NCBI GenBank assembly: GCA_964588955.1 | Contig: CAZPQJ010000003.1 | Span: 42-64,041, forward strand | Direction of reading: 5' to 3' | Length of the DNA: 64,000 nt | From: an uncultured Gammaproteobacteria bacterium | GTDB taxonomy: Bacteria; Patescibacteriota; Patescibacteriia; UBA9934; CAMTUG01 | Shown here: positions 1 to 8,136 of the stretch, piece by piece | Position numbering within the stretch: the stretch's first letter is position 1 | Layout: every line of letters begins with the position of its first letter | Notes under the pieces: generated by a model | What the model saw: the letters and a program-made list of their open reading frames with translations, nothing else | What the model was told of the DNA's origin: nothing | The model's database searches: none | Program-made: the position numbers and the translations under genes

Positions 1-1170
1 GGCGATAAGCGTCGAACCGCTTCCACCGAATAGGTCGAGAACGTAATCACCTGGCTTAGTGCAGCGTCGCAATGACTTTTCGTGAAGCGTTGGATTCTTG
101 CTCGTCGGATGTTCGTAAGAAGACGAGGCGAGCCGCTTCACGAGCCACACGTTGAGGAGATCAAGTACGTCGTCGATAAGCTGATTACCCGTACCAACTT
201 CCTTGTTAAGAACTTCGTTTAGATTCATGACGGAGGGCGCGAGATACGGCTTCCCACGTGTGGCGTACACGCACGGTTCGCTGACCTTGTTGAAGGCAAC
301 GCCCGGCGTAGGATTTGCGTTGTCCTTGAGCCAAATGCAGACACGCCGGTTCGTCAGTCCGAATTCTCGGAACAGTTCCTGCATGAGATAGATGTAAGAC
401 TCGTCGCACCAATAGAAGGCGTGGACGTCATGCTTCGCAACGGCGAGCGCGTTTTCCATCGTCTTCCTGATGAACGCGCGATAGTCTTTGTCGCTCAGAC
501 TGTCATTCGTCTTGTGGCCTCCGTACTTCCCAGCCGTGCCAACGCCTTTGTCGTAAGAAAGGCCGATGTTGTAGGGAGGATCGCAGGCAATGAAGCTCAC
601 GTCTCGCTTGCCAACGAGTAATGCGACATCTTCCGCCTTGGTCGAGTCTCCGCAGAGCAGACGGTGAGAACCGAGAACGTAAAGCGTTCCGGGTTTCGTC
701 ACGGGTTTCTTGATTGCGGCGATCTCCTTCACCACATCGAACTCGTCATCTTCAGTCTCAAGCGTCTCGTCCCAAATGTTGGTGATGTCTTCGCTGTCGA
801 ACCCGACGTCGAGTAGTAGATCGATATCGAATCCTTCGGCGAGCTTTGACCAATCCCAATCGCCGTGAACGCGATTGCTTGTCAGAAGATACTGGTCGTA
901 CTCGGACTGCGTGAGCTTACGGTTCGGAACACGTACTTCGATCTCCTCGTTCTCACGTCCAAGGAGTTTCAGCACAGCAAGCCGCTGATGACCTGCCAGT
1001 ACCTTGTCATCCGCGTCGATGACAGGGATCTCAACAAGATTAAATTTCTTGAGACTCTTCGTGAGATCCTCGACCTGCTTCGGACTCATGACGCGTGGGT
1101 TCTTGTCGTTCGGAATAAGGTCTGCGGCGCGCCGCTTCTCGGTGCGCCATGTGAGTTTTGTCATAAAGAT
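1..1170 (-). CDS. ParB-like nuclease domain fused to an N6-adenine/N4-cytosine DNA methyltransferase. The C-terminus runs off the window start.
   Basis: The minus-strand translation from the ATG at 1170 reads MTKLTWRTEKRR..NDKNPRVMSPKQVEDL..VIDADDKVLAGHQRL (ParB/Srx-like N-terminus), then a DPPY motif (IACDPPYNIGLSYD) and FGGSGST typical of beta-class amino-MTases. The ORF is open to position 1. Confidence 0.8.
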   Translation of the reverse strand, partial: MFMTKLTWRTEKRRAADLIPNDKNPRVMSPKQVEDLTKSLKKFNLVEIPVIDADDKVLAGHQRLAVLKLLGRENEEIEVRVPNRKLTQSEYDQYLLTSNRVHGDWDWSKLAEGFDIDLLLDVGFDSEDITNIWDETLETEDDEFDVVKEIAAIKKPVTKPGTLYVLGSHRLLCGDSTKAEDVALLVGKRDVSFIACDPPYNIGLSYDKGVGTAGKYGGHKTNDSLSDKDYRAFIRKTMENALAVAKHDVHAFYWCDESYIYLMQELFREFGLTNRRVCIWLKDNANPTPGVAFNKVSEPCVYATRGKPYLAPSVMNLNEVLNKEVGTGNQLIDDVLDLLNVWLVKRLASSSYEHPTSKNPTLHEKSLRRCTKPGDYVLDLFGGSGSTLIA

Positions 1171-1356
1171 GACGTTAAGAATGAATAGCGGGAAAAAGAA
1201 AACGCCCGCTCTGCACGGAACGAAAGCAAAAAATGCTTTTCGTCCTGTACAGAACGGGCGTTGCCGAGGCGATGCCTCTCGGGAATCAATGATTCCGTCT
1301 ATCGCTTACGCGAAATTCGCAAGACTCGTTGCCGCAAGGGCTAGAATCTTCAATTG

Positions 1357-1839
1357 TTAGTCGGTTTTTACATATAGTGGAATGCCTTGGGGTGGCATGA
1401 CGACCTTGATCTCGCGTCCCTTGGCGCGTAGATCATTGATCCGAGCCATGTCCTCTTCCGGAAGGGGAAAGAAGGCTTCAATGCGGTTACCTTCGATCTT
1501 GAAGGATTCCGTGAACGCCCGCCCGGCTTCGCCGTTCATCGCGGACTTGTGCAGATGACGCGCGAGGCTTTTCGGGTTGTTCGCCTTACGGCGGTGAAGA
1601 GTGAAGTCGGTGACGAGAAAGACGCTGACCGTCTTGCCGTCATCCTCGAGGCGGATTGTGGTCGGTCTTTCCATAGGTATTCCGCTCTCGCCACTGACTG
1701 CCAGTTTGTCGGTGAACGAAGACGTCGCCGCCCTGATTTGTAGCGATTTGTTTAGCGATTTTTTCTGCTGCTTTCTGCGTGGGAACGACGACGGTGTCGC
1801 GGGAAGCCTTCTCCCGGCGCACGCCCCAGCCGTCTTCAC
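1357..1839 (-). CDS. Hypothetical protein. The N-terminus is low-complexity; the true start may be the internal Met near 1674 (MERPTTIRLEDDGKTV...).
   Basis: ORF only; a weak GAGAG Shine-Dalgarno precedes the internal ATG; no family recognised. Confidence 0.35.
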   Translation of the reverse strand: MKTAGACAGRRLPATPSSFPRRKQQKKSLNKSLQIRAATSSFTDKLAVSGESGIPMERPTTIRLEDDGKTVSVFLVTDFTLHRRKANNPKSLARHLHKSAMNGEAGRAFTESFKIEGNRIEAFFPLPEEDMARINDLRAKGREIKVVMPPQGIPLYVKTD

Positions 1840-1922
1840 GCTTCAAAACGTGTTGGTTGGCCATAAAATAAATTAGGAATCATGCGACTATGATACGCCC
1901 GGCATTATTTAGCTGTCAACGA

Positions 1923-1975
1923 GTTCAACAAACATTGAACAACATTTGACAACGTTGCTCATCCTGATCCATAAT
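1923..1975 (+). promoter_or_regulatory. Putative operator and promoter of the LexA-like gene: an inverted repeat GTTCAA-N6-TTGAAC followed by a sigma70-like promoter.
   Basis: The inverted repeat gttcaacaaacattgaac lies at 1923-1940. It is followed by TTGACA (1946-1951), an 18-nt spacer and CATAAT (1970-1975), which ends 8 nt before the ATG at 1984. This would give a near-leaderless transcript with the operator abutting the -35. Confidence 0.45.
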
Positions 1976-1983
1976 ATTGCCGT

Positions 1984-2652
1984 ATGCATCCCATCCAAAA
2001 AGCAATTCTCGATCTCGCAAAGACTCGGAATATAGCCAAAATGACGCTCCGTGACCTTGGATTGGCGGTCACTGGCAAGGAGGAATTGCCCCAGAAGATG
2101 AAGTATCACCGTGAGAAGCTGATCGAAGCGGGACTTTTGCGGGTTGTCCACAATGGCGAGACGATTGAGCCCGTCGAATCTCGCGGCGCGACACCGGGAT
2201 TCGTACAGATTCCAATCCTTGGCGCGGCTTCCTGTGGTCCAGCCCTTGAAATCGCTCAGGAGAGCGTTGAAGGCTATCTCGTCATGTCCGAGAAGCTCGT
2301 ACCAGCCAATCATGATGCGGTTTTTGCCCTTCGCGCCGTCGGTCCCTCGATGAACCTCGCGAACGTGAATAACAAAACGATCGAGGACGGCGACATCGTC
2401 CTCGTGGATGGGAATGTCAGACAGCCATCGAACAACATGTATGTTCTTTCCGTCATCGGTGACGCCGCCAACATCAAGAAATACGTAGAGGAAGGAAACG
2501 GCCAAATCGCTCTCGTGTCCGAATCCACGGAGGATTTTCTTCCCATCTACATCCACCCAGAAGACGATTCGAGTTTCTTTATTAACGGAAAAGTAATCGA
2601 CGTCTTCAAGAAAAGGACGAAGCAGAAACAATATGCACATCGGCCATTCTGA
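1984..2652 (+). CDS. LexA/CI-like repressor: an S24 peptidase with an N-terminal winged-HTH domain.
   Basis: The N-terminus (MHPIQKAILDLAK..MTLRDLGLAV..KLIEAGLL) resembles the LexA DNA-binding fold. The C-terminus carries the S24 Ser/Lys dyad (AVGPSMNLANV ... ANIKKY) and the DGDIVLVD beta-strand typical of LexA/UmuD autoproteases. Confidence 0.75.
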   Translation: MHPIQKAILDLAKTRNIAKMTLRDLGLAVTGKEELPQKMKYHREKLIEAGLLRVVHNGETIEPVESRGATPGFVQIPILGAASCGPALEIAQESVEGYLVMSEKLVPANHDAVFALRAVGPSMNLANVNNKTIEDGDIVLVDGNVRQPSNNMYVLSVIGDAANIKKYVEEGNGQIALVSESTEDFLPIYIHPEDDSSFFINGKVIDVFKKRTKQKQYAHRPF

Positions 2653-3586
2653 AATTGTTCGCTTCGCTGACGATAGGGTTAACCTTAAGCGCGAGGACGT
2701 AAAGGAATATCGCGATCAGGTGAACCGTCTGCGCGATCGTCTTGAACAGCACATAGCGGAAAATCCCGCCTTCGCTCTGCGGAAGATGCTTCTTTCCGGT
2801 AGTCTCGCAAAGGGCACAGCACTAAAATCTATCAACGACATCGACGTTGCCGTGTACGTATCGGAATCGGACGCACCGGCCACAATGTCCGAGCTGATTG
2901 CAAGCGTGGCGGGTCGGCTTCGCACGGCATTTCCAAATTTCAAGCCCGAACAGGTCGTGCAGAACTCCTCGAACATCACAATTCTGTTCTCTGGCACCGG
3001 ATTGAAGGTCGACATTGTTCCCATCCTTTACGATCAGGATCCTGATTGGAAGGGTCACATTGTCTATGAGAACGGGAATAAGGTGCTCACAAGCATACCG
3101 ATGCACCTGGATTTCATTCGTCGCCGGAAGGCAAAGCACGAACAGCATTACGCGCAGATAATTCGACTTTTGAAGTATTGGGTTAAGTATCAGAGGTCGA
3201 AGAATCCCGAATTTCGCTTCAAGTCCTTCATGATCGAACTGTTGGTCGCCCACCTCGTGGATCGCGGCCTCGAACTCGAGGACTACCCGGAAGCTCTGGC
3301 GAATATATTCGCATACCTTGCCACGGACGCCTTCCGTACCGATATCGCATTCAGCGATCACTACGATCCGACCGATTGCCCGGAGTGTTCTGACCCTATT
3401 CGCATCTGGGATCCGGTGAACCACCAGAATAACGTGGCGAGTAGGTACACCACGGCACAGCGTGAGGCGATTATTGACGCTGCGCTTGAGGCTGGTGACG
3501 CCGTAGACTCAGCGCTCCGCGCCCCAACCAAAGCAGAGGCACTCCGTTACTGGCGCAAGGTCTTTGGGCCAACTTTTGACGCATAG
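2633..3586 (+). CDS. CBASS cGAS/DncV-like nucleotidyltransferase (CD-NTase).
   Basis: It has the GS...DID nucleotidyltransferase signature (GSLAKGTALKSINDIDVAVYV) with a third acidic residue in GLKVDIVP. It is the first gene of a four-gene operon and its start overlaps the end of the LexA-like gene by 20 nt. Confidence 0.8.
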   Translation: MHIGHSEIVRFADDRVNLKREDVKEYRDQVNRLRDRLEQHIAENPAFALRKMLLSGSLAKGTALKSINDIDVAVYVSESDAPATMSELIASVAGRLRTAFPNFKPEQVVQNSSNITILFSGTGLKVDIVPILYDQDPDWKGHIVYENGNKVLTSIPMHLDFIRRRKAKHEQHYAQIIRLLKYWVKYQRSKNPEFRFKSFMIELLVAHLVDRGLELEDYPEALANIFAYLATDAFRTDIAFSDHYDPTDCPECSDPIRIWDPVNHQNNVASRYTTAQREAIIDAALEAGDAVDSALRAPTKAEALRYWRKVFGPTFDA

Positions 3587-3588
3587 CT

Positions 3589-4098
3589 ATGTCTTACTCA
3601 ATGACCCGCACTGCCATCGAGGCATTCACCGTTACGCATGCTCGGCACATCGCCGCAAAGGTCGCGACCGACCTTCTTCGTTACACCCGTTACTACAAAA
3701 ATCCTACGATCGAGTTGATCAATAAGTACGAAGAGGAACTGGTTGCGCTCTTGAAGGCGGATTACCTGGACTACGTTATTTATGGGTACAAGCGTGATGG
3801 TAAGTGGGTCGAAGCCCTGCGTTATCACGCGCTTCCCGGTGGTACCCTGATGACCGACGATGATCCCGGAAAAATTCGCCCAGGAACCGATGTGCCAGGT
3901 GAAAATTTTGGTTCTTATCTTGTAAGGAATAGCCGCTGGGACAGCCTGCCGAAGGCGGAACAAGACCGCTTCGACGCGTCGCTTCCATTCTCGCGTAACG
4001 GTGTTCCTGAGCCCGAGCTGGTATCCGGCCGTTGGTCGCAGGATCACACTTATTCGGCACAAGGCCGTGGCATTACTCGAAGTACGATAATCCGCTAA
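3589..4098 (+). CDS. HORMA-domain protein, the CBASS type III signalling regulator (assigned from context).
   Basis: A 169-aa protein placed between the CD-NTase and the TRIP13-like ATPase, with 2-nt spacing on each side. Its size and position match bacterial HORMA1; no strong motif was recognised by eye. Confidence 0.5.
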   Translation: MSYSMTRTAIEAFTVTHARHIAAKVATDLLRYTRYYKNPTIELINKYEEELVALLKADYLDYVIYGYKRDGKWVEALRYHALPGGTLMTDDDPGKIRPGTDVPGENFGSYLVRNSRWDSLPKAEQDRFDASLPFSRNGVPEPELVSGRWSQDHTYSAQGRGITRSTIIR

Positions 4099-4100
4099 CT

Positions 4101-5030
4101 ATGGACACAGAAATTGATGATCTCTTTGACCGTCGAAGTTCCTTCCCAGATAGCGACGCCTCGACGAGATTCGGCCAGCTCGTAGGAATCGACGAAACCA
4201 AGAAACGCCTCATCGGTACCTTGGGTATTTTAGTGAATCCGCAGGGTGTACGTGATTGGGCGAAAAAGTTTCATAAGAAGAGTTCTTCGCTTCTCGACCT
4301 CGTTGAACGCCGACCTCCGCTGGTGATTTTGGCTGGTGATGTAGGTACAGGAAAGACAGAGCTCGCAAGCACCGTCGGTGATCCCGTGGCACGTCAGGAA
4401 GGAGTTGAGATCACTCTGTACCCGATCAGTCTGTCGACCCGTGGGTCCGGCATGGTTGGAGAAATGACAAAACTATTAAGCGCGGCTTTCGATGAGGTTG
4501 TGAAGCGAGCGACGGAATTAAAGGGGTCAGGAGCAAAAGCAAAGGGTGCCGTTATTCTTTTGGTAGACGAGGCTGACGCTCTCGTGCAAAGCCGCGAAAA
4601 CGCACAAATGCACCACGAGGATCGCGCGGGGGTTAACGCGTTTATTCGCGGCGTTGACCGTCTTGCGGAGCGCCACCTTCCCGCAGTTGTCATCTTGTGC
4701 ACGAATCGTCTGTCCGCCATCGATCCGGCTGTCCGACGTCGTGCCGCCGAAACTTTTGTATTTGAGAGACCTAACGAAGAGCAGCGATCGTCAGTTCTTA
4801 AAAAGCCCTTGGCTGAGATTGGCTTCTCTGAGGAAGAGATTGCTAGCATCGTGACCACCACGGGCGTCTCTGGGAGTCGTGAATATGGCTTTACTTACTC
4901 GGACTTGACCCAGAGGCTACTTCCTTCAATCGTTTTGGACGCCTACCCTGACCACGCGGTCGTCTTTGACCGTGCTTTGGAGATCGCGTCTTCAATCCAT
5001 CCCACGCCGCCTTTTCAGGAGTCCAAATAA
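4101..5030 (+). CDS. TRIP13/Pch2-like AAA+ ATPase, a CBASS type III accessory protein.
   Basis: Walker A (LVILAGDVGTGKTELA) and Walker B (VILLVDEADAL) motifs are present. The start at 4101 (MDTEIDDLFDRR) lies 2 nt after the HORMA stop codon. Confidence 0.8.
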   Translation: MDTEIDDLFDRRSSFPDSDASTRFGQLVGIDETKKRLIGTLGILVNPQGVRDWAKKFHKKSSSLLDLVERRPPLVILAGDVGTGKTELASTVGDPVARQEGVEITLYPISLSTRGSGMVGEMTKLLSAAFDEVVKRATELKGSGAKAKGAVILLVDEADALVQSRENAQMHHEDRAGVNAFIRGVDRLAERHLPAVVILCTNRLSAIDPAVRRRAAETFVFERPNEEQRSSVLKKPLAEIGFSEEEIASIVTTTGVSGSREYGFTYSDLTQRLLPSIVLDAYPDHAVVFDRALEIASSIHPTPPFQESK

Positions 5031-5034
5031 CGCT

Positions 5035-5793
5035 ATGCCAAATCGAGCAAAAGCACAGTCAACTAAAGACGGCAAGACCTTTCTCAAAGAACGTTTTATT
5101 GACGTCGAGAAGGTGTTTGTAACAAAACTGAAGGCAGATCAACGTGCTATCACTCATGATGGAGCCCTGGGGGACACCACAGAAGATTCGTGGATTGAGC
5201 TTCTTCAGCGGTATCTTCCTTCTCGTTATAAAGTTGCTAAAGCTTTCGCGGTGGATCACTTGGGAAATACCACGCAACAACTTGATTGTCTGATTTTTGA
5301 TGCGCATTTTACTCCGGCACTATTCGGAAAGGATAAGAACCTGTACGTTCCAGCAGAAGCTGTTTACGCAACTTTTGAAATTAAACAAACGGCAAATGCC
5401 ACCCATCTGAAAGCGGCGGCAAAAAAAGTTGCGTCGTTGCGTGCGTTACAACGCACATCTGTTCCTCTTACATACGGTAAAAAACAAAACCCGGCGAAAA
5501 AGCCCTTCCCGATCATCGGCGGTCTGATCTCCATGAACGCGTCGTGGAAAGGTGGTTTGGGATCAGCTTTCTTGACTCAGTTCGACTCGTTGAAAAAAGA
5601 AAAATCTCTTGATCTTGTACTTACGGCGGAGCACGGATTTTGCGACCATCTTACGCCCGCCAATGAACGCGAGGTTGTAACAGGACCCGGTTCCTTACTG
5701 CGAGGATTATTTCGTCTGCTTGATAGTCTCAGGTCTCGGGCGTCGGTAGTTGCGATCGATTGGAAAAAATATGAGGCTGTATTTGAGGACTAG
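5035..5793 (+). CDS. nucC: NucC-like restriction-endonuclease-fold (PD-(D/E)xK) nuclease, the CBASS effector.
   Basis: A PD-(D/E)xK arrangement is visible (LDCLIFD ... YVPAEAVYATFEIKQ). Long colinear similarity to E. coli NucC, as far as recalled from memory, is seen in WIELLQRYLPSRYKVAKAFAVD, KVASLRALQRTSVPL and PIIGGLIS. The gene sits 4 nt after the TRIP13-like stop codon. Confidence 0.7.
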   Translation: MPNRAKAQSTKDGKTFLKERFIDVEKVFVTKLKADQRAITHDGALGDTTEDSWIELLQRYLPSRYKVAKAFAVDHLGNTTQQLDCLIFDAHFTPALFGKDKNLYVPAEAVYATFEIKQTANATHLKAAAKKVASLRALQRTSVPLTYGKKQNPAKKPFPIIGGLISMNASWKGGLGSAFLTQFDSLKKEKSLDLVLTAEHGFCDHLTPANEREVVTGPGSLLRGLFRLLDSLRSRASVVAIDWKKYEAVFED

Positions 5794-6296
5794 CAGAGAT
5801 CCGGATTTTCGTTCTTCAGAAATACGAAAAACCAATGATGCTCACCATTCTTGATCTGCCGTGCCTTGAGTTCGCCGTTCCGCACCTTCTTGGCAACAGT
5901 TGTATGGTGCCAACCGAACTTCTTTTTGAGATCGTCAGATGATAACCAAATATCGGACTTACAAGCGACTTCTCCGGGGATCACGCCTTCCTTCACGGCC
6001 TTCTGACAGACCGGGCATTTGATCCCGAATTGGTCATACCAGCCCTCATCGTTGAACATGTGCTGCGAACACACAGCGCATGAGTAGGTACCCTGACCCG
6101 TAACGGCAAATCCATCAGGCTCTTTGAGAAGCCGCTCCTTCCACTGTTCCATCCTTACATGAACGTCGAGCAAAGTTCGGTAAAGTCCCAGGAGATTTTC
6201 GGAATACTCCAACGCTTGATCGTCAGTTAAATCTTGGTCATATTCTTTCTTCCAAAGTTCTTTGAAGGATTCGATCTGTTCGCGTTTTGTGCGCAT
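5790..6296 (-). CDS. Zn-ribbon plus excisionase-family HTH protein, a possible regulator or recombination directionality factor. The ORF extends to 6422 and the start is uncertain.
   Basis: Two CxxC pairs (CAVCSQH...CPVCQK) are present. The C-terminus (LSSDDLKKKFGWHHTTVAKKVRNGELKARQIKNGEHHWFFVF) resembles excisionase/HTH_17-type DNA-binding domains. Confidence 0.5.
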   Translation of the reverse strand: MRTKREQIESFKELWKKEYDQDLTDDQALEYSENLLGLYRTLLDVHVRMEQWKERLLKEPDGFAVTGQGTYSCAVCSQHMFNDEGWYDQFGIKCPVCQKAVKEGVIPGEVACKSDIWLSSDDLKKKFGWHHTTVAKKVRNGELKARQIKNGEHHWFFVFLKNENPDLC

Positions 6297-6439
6297 AAAA
6301 TCAGGGTTAATTTTAACTTGAGACACACCCCGTTTTCGTGTCTCATTTGTCTCATTTTGCCATGTGACCCGGGTGCTCGCACGACCCCCTAAAAAATCGC
6401 TCTGGGGGTTAAGGGAAATCAAGTTCTGTACCCGCCCGG

Positions 6440-6479
6440 GGAGCCAACAATGCCTCAGCAGAAATGCTGGGGTTTTGTT
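6440..6479 (+). terminator. Copy 1 of a 40-nt direct repeat holding a GNRA-tetraloop hairpin followed by a U-tract; it looks like an intrinsic terminator.
   Basis: The repeat is ggagccaacaatgCCTCAGCAgaaaTGCTGGGGttttgtt. It has an 8-bp stem (6453-6472) with a GAAA loop, then TTTTGTT. Confidence 0.5.
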
Positions 6480-6530
6480 ATGGTTTTGAGGCTACCTCAG
6501 GTGGGGTGAGAACTGGTATGCTTCGGATGT

Positions 6531-6884
6531 ATGAAAAAGAGTTTGATTGTTGGATTGTCTTTACTCGGCCTTCTTGTGTTATACGCCTTTGGAATGTTCG
6601 GGTGGGAAATGTATGTACAAGCCACGCAATTGCCGCGAGTTGAACAAGAAATGGGAATTGATTTGGGAACTCCGGAAGTCGATGGCCGTGAGGTGATTCA
6701 GTTTGTTCGAGTTGATGAAGATGGAATCGCATATCATGCAGGTGTACGTAAAGGTGATGTTCTCAACCAGTCATCGTTAGCTGAATTTGTGAATGCGTAT
6801 CTTGATGCTCAGCGATCCTTTTCATTTGTTGTTTTACGCGAAAATCAGAATGTGACAATTGTCATAGAGAAAGACACGCAATAG
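6531..6884 (+). CDS. Membrane-anchored PDZ-domain protein.
   Basis: An N-terminal TM/signal segment (MKKSLIVGLSLLGLLVLYAF) is followed by a PDZ-like segment (GIAYHAGVRKGDVLNQ). Confidence 0.55.
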   Translation: MKKSLIVGLSLLGLLVLYAFGMFGWEMYVQATQLPRVEQEMGIDLGTPEVDGREVIQFVRVDEDGIAYHAGVRKGDVLNQSSLAEFVNAYLDAQRSFSFVVLRENQNVTIVIEKDTQ

Positions 6885-6991
6885 GTAAAGAGGATTGTTT
6901 AATATCAAATCAAATCTACCCCTGCGAATTTTTGGGATGCTGATGTAGTCCCCATAGTCCACAATCGCGGTTCTAACACGCTCCACGACGC

Positions 6992-7033
6992 GGAGCCAAC
7001 AATGCCTCAGCAGAAATGCTGGGATTTTGTTTT
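6992..7033 (+). terminator. Copy 2 of the 40-nt hairpin/U-tract repeat.
   Basis: Apart from one G/A change, the sequence is identical to 6440-6479. It lies downstream of the PDZ gene and immediately upstream of the next MKKSL-leader gene. Confidence 0.5.
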
Positions 7034-7063
7034 AGCAAAATACATGTGGTAAGTTGATTTCGT

Positions 7064-7465
7064 ATGAAAAAATCTTTAGGAATCGCCGTGGGTGTTGCTG
7101 TCGTTGCGCTGCTGGCGGGAATCATTGGCATTATTGTGCGCATCGTCCCTGATGCTATTTACGTTCATGACGTCACTGCAGACGATTCCGCGTACCTTAT
7201 TCTGTACAAAGATACCGTTCTTACGTCTTATGGCGATATGGTCGCGGAGTCTGTTGTAGAGAATCAGGACGGCGAGATGCTTGTGTTGAAGTACAAAACC
7301 CCTGGCGAAAAGGGTGGAAATTTTCGTCGCGTTCTGAATATTACTGGTGATACCGCGGCGTTAGACGGCGTGGAGTATTCGCGCGTGTCTTCTTGGAATG
7401 TGTTTCAGCCGGCGCTTTACCAAACGCCGTTTGCGTACTTTTTGACGATTTTTTTGATGCGATAA
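7064..7465 (+). CDS. Hypothetical membrane-anchored protein, a paralogous MKKSL leader.
   Basis: The leader reads MKKSLGIAVGVAVVALLAGIIGIIV. It is preceded by the same repeat as the PDZ gene. Confidence 0.5.
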   Translation: MKKSLGIAVGVAVVALLAGIIGIIVRIVPDAIYVHDVTADDSAYLILYKDTVLTSYGDMVAESVVENQDGEMLVLKYKTPGEKGGNFRRVLNITGDTAALDGVEYSRVSSWNVFQPALYQTPFAYFLTIFLMR

Positions 7466-7531
7466 AAGCTGAATCGAGGTGAATTATAGCGACGCTCGTT
7501 TGTGGGTGTTGTACAAAATAATAAATTCAGT

Positions 7532-7990
7532 ATGAACAGACGTTTTTTCTTTTCTGTCGTGGATATTCTCGGGCTTTGCGTCGTTGTTGCGGCGGTAACA
7601 TTAGCATTTGTGAATCACGATCAGTGGATGGGATTCGTGCTCATTGCGCTTGGCATTGTGTGTATTTTTAGTCTTCTGCCTTTTGGCATCAAGTTGAAGT
7701 CCACTGTCCCCGACGTGCTTTTTGGAATCATCGATAACGGGATACTGGCCGTCATGGCGATTTTCGGTGGACATTTTGGCGGAATCGCGGGAGCGATTCT
7801 TGGTGGGGTTGTTGGCAACGCCATTACGGACGGCATCGCGGGAATTTTTGAGGGATACATTGCTGAAAAATTTGATGGTCAAGACGTTGCAAATCATCGA
7901 TCAATGCTAAAGTCGGCTGTGGGGAAAATGGCCGGGTGTCTTTTGGGTGCTGGTACCGTTTTGGCTGTCGTAAGTCTATTGCCGTTGTAG
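7532..7990 (+). CDS. Hypothetical multi-TM membrane protein with a glycine-zipper-rich C-terminal half.
   Basis: The ORF 7502..7990 has hydrophobic segments and repeated GxxxG motifs (GGHFGGIAGAILGGVVGNAITDGIAG). Confidence 0.45.
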   Translation: MNRRFFFSVVDILGLCVVVAAVTLAFVNHDQWMGFVLIALGIVCIFSLLPFGIKLKSTVPDVLFGIIDNGILAVMAIFGGHFGGIAGAILGGVVGNAITDGIAGIFEGYIAEKFDGQDVANHRSMLKSAVGKMAGCLLGAGTVLAVVSLLPL

Positions 7991-8136
7991 ACCAGCGAAA
8001 ACGGGAGGATCTTTTGTGTTAGAAATGTTTCCTGGTTAATGAGAGGATAGTGGTCGTTACTGTTTTCGCGGGGGGATAAAAACATGCGCGTTGTTGATAA
8101 GTGAGGTAAGATATATCCATATCTATCATTGATCTG

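Noticed and set aside
1909-2640. 243-aa minus-strand ORF covering the LexA-like gene; also 2822..3424 (-) inside the CD-NTase gene and 3598..4062 (-) inside the HORMA gene.
   Set aside because: Antisense to plus-strand genes with clear family signatures and tight operon spacing.
6440-7033. The two 40-nt direct repeats as attL/attR of an integrated element.
   Set aside because: Both copies lie on the same side of the CBASS island and bracket only one small PDZ gene. Each contains a canonical hairpin plus U-tract, so a duplicated terminator/leader module is the simpler explanation.
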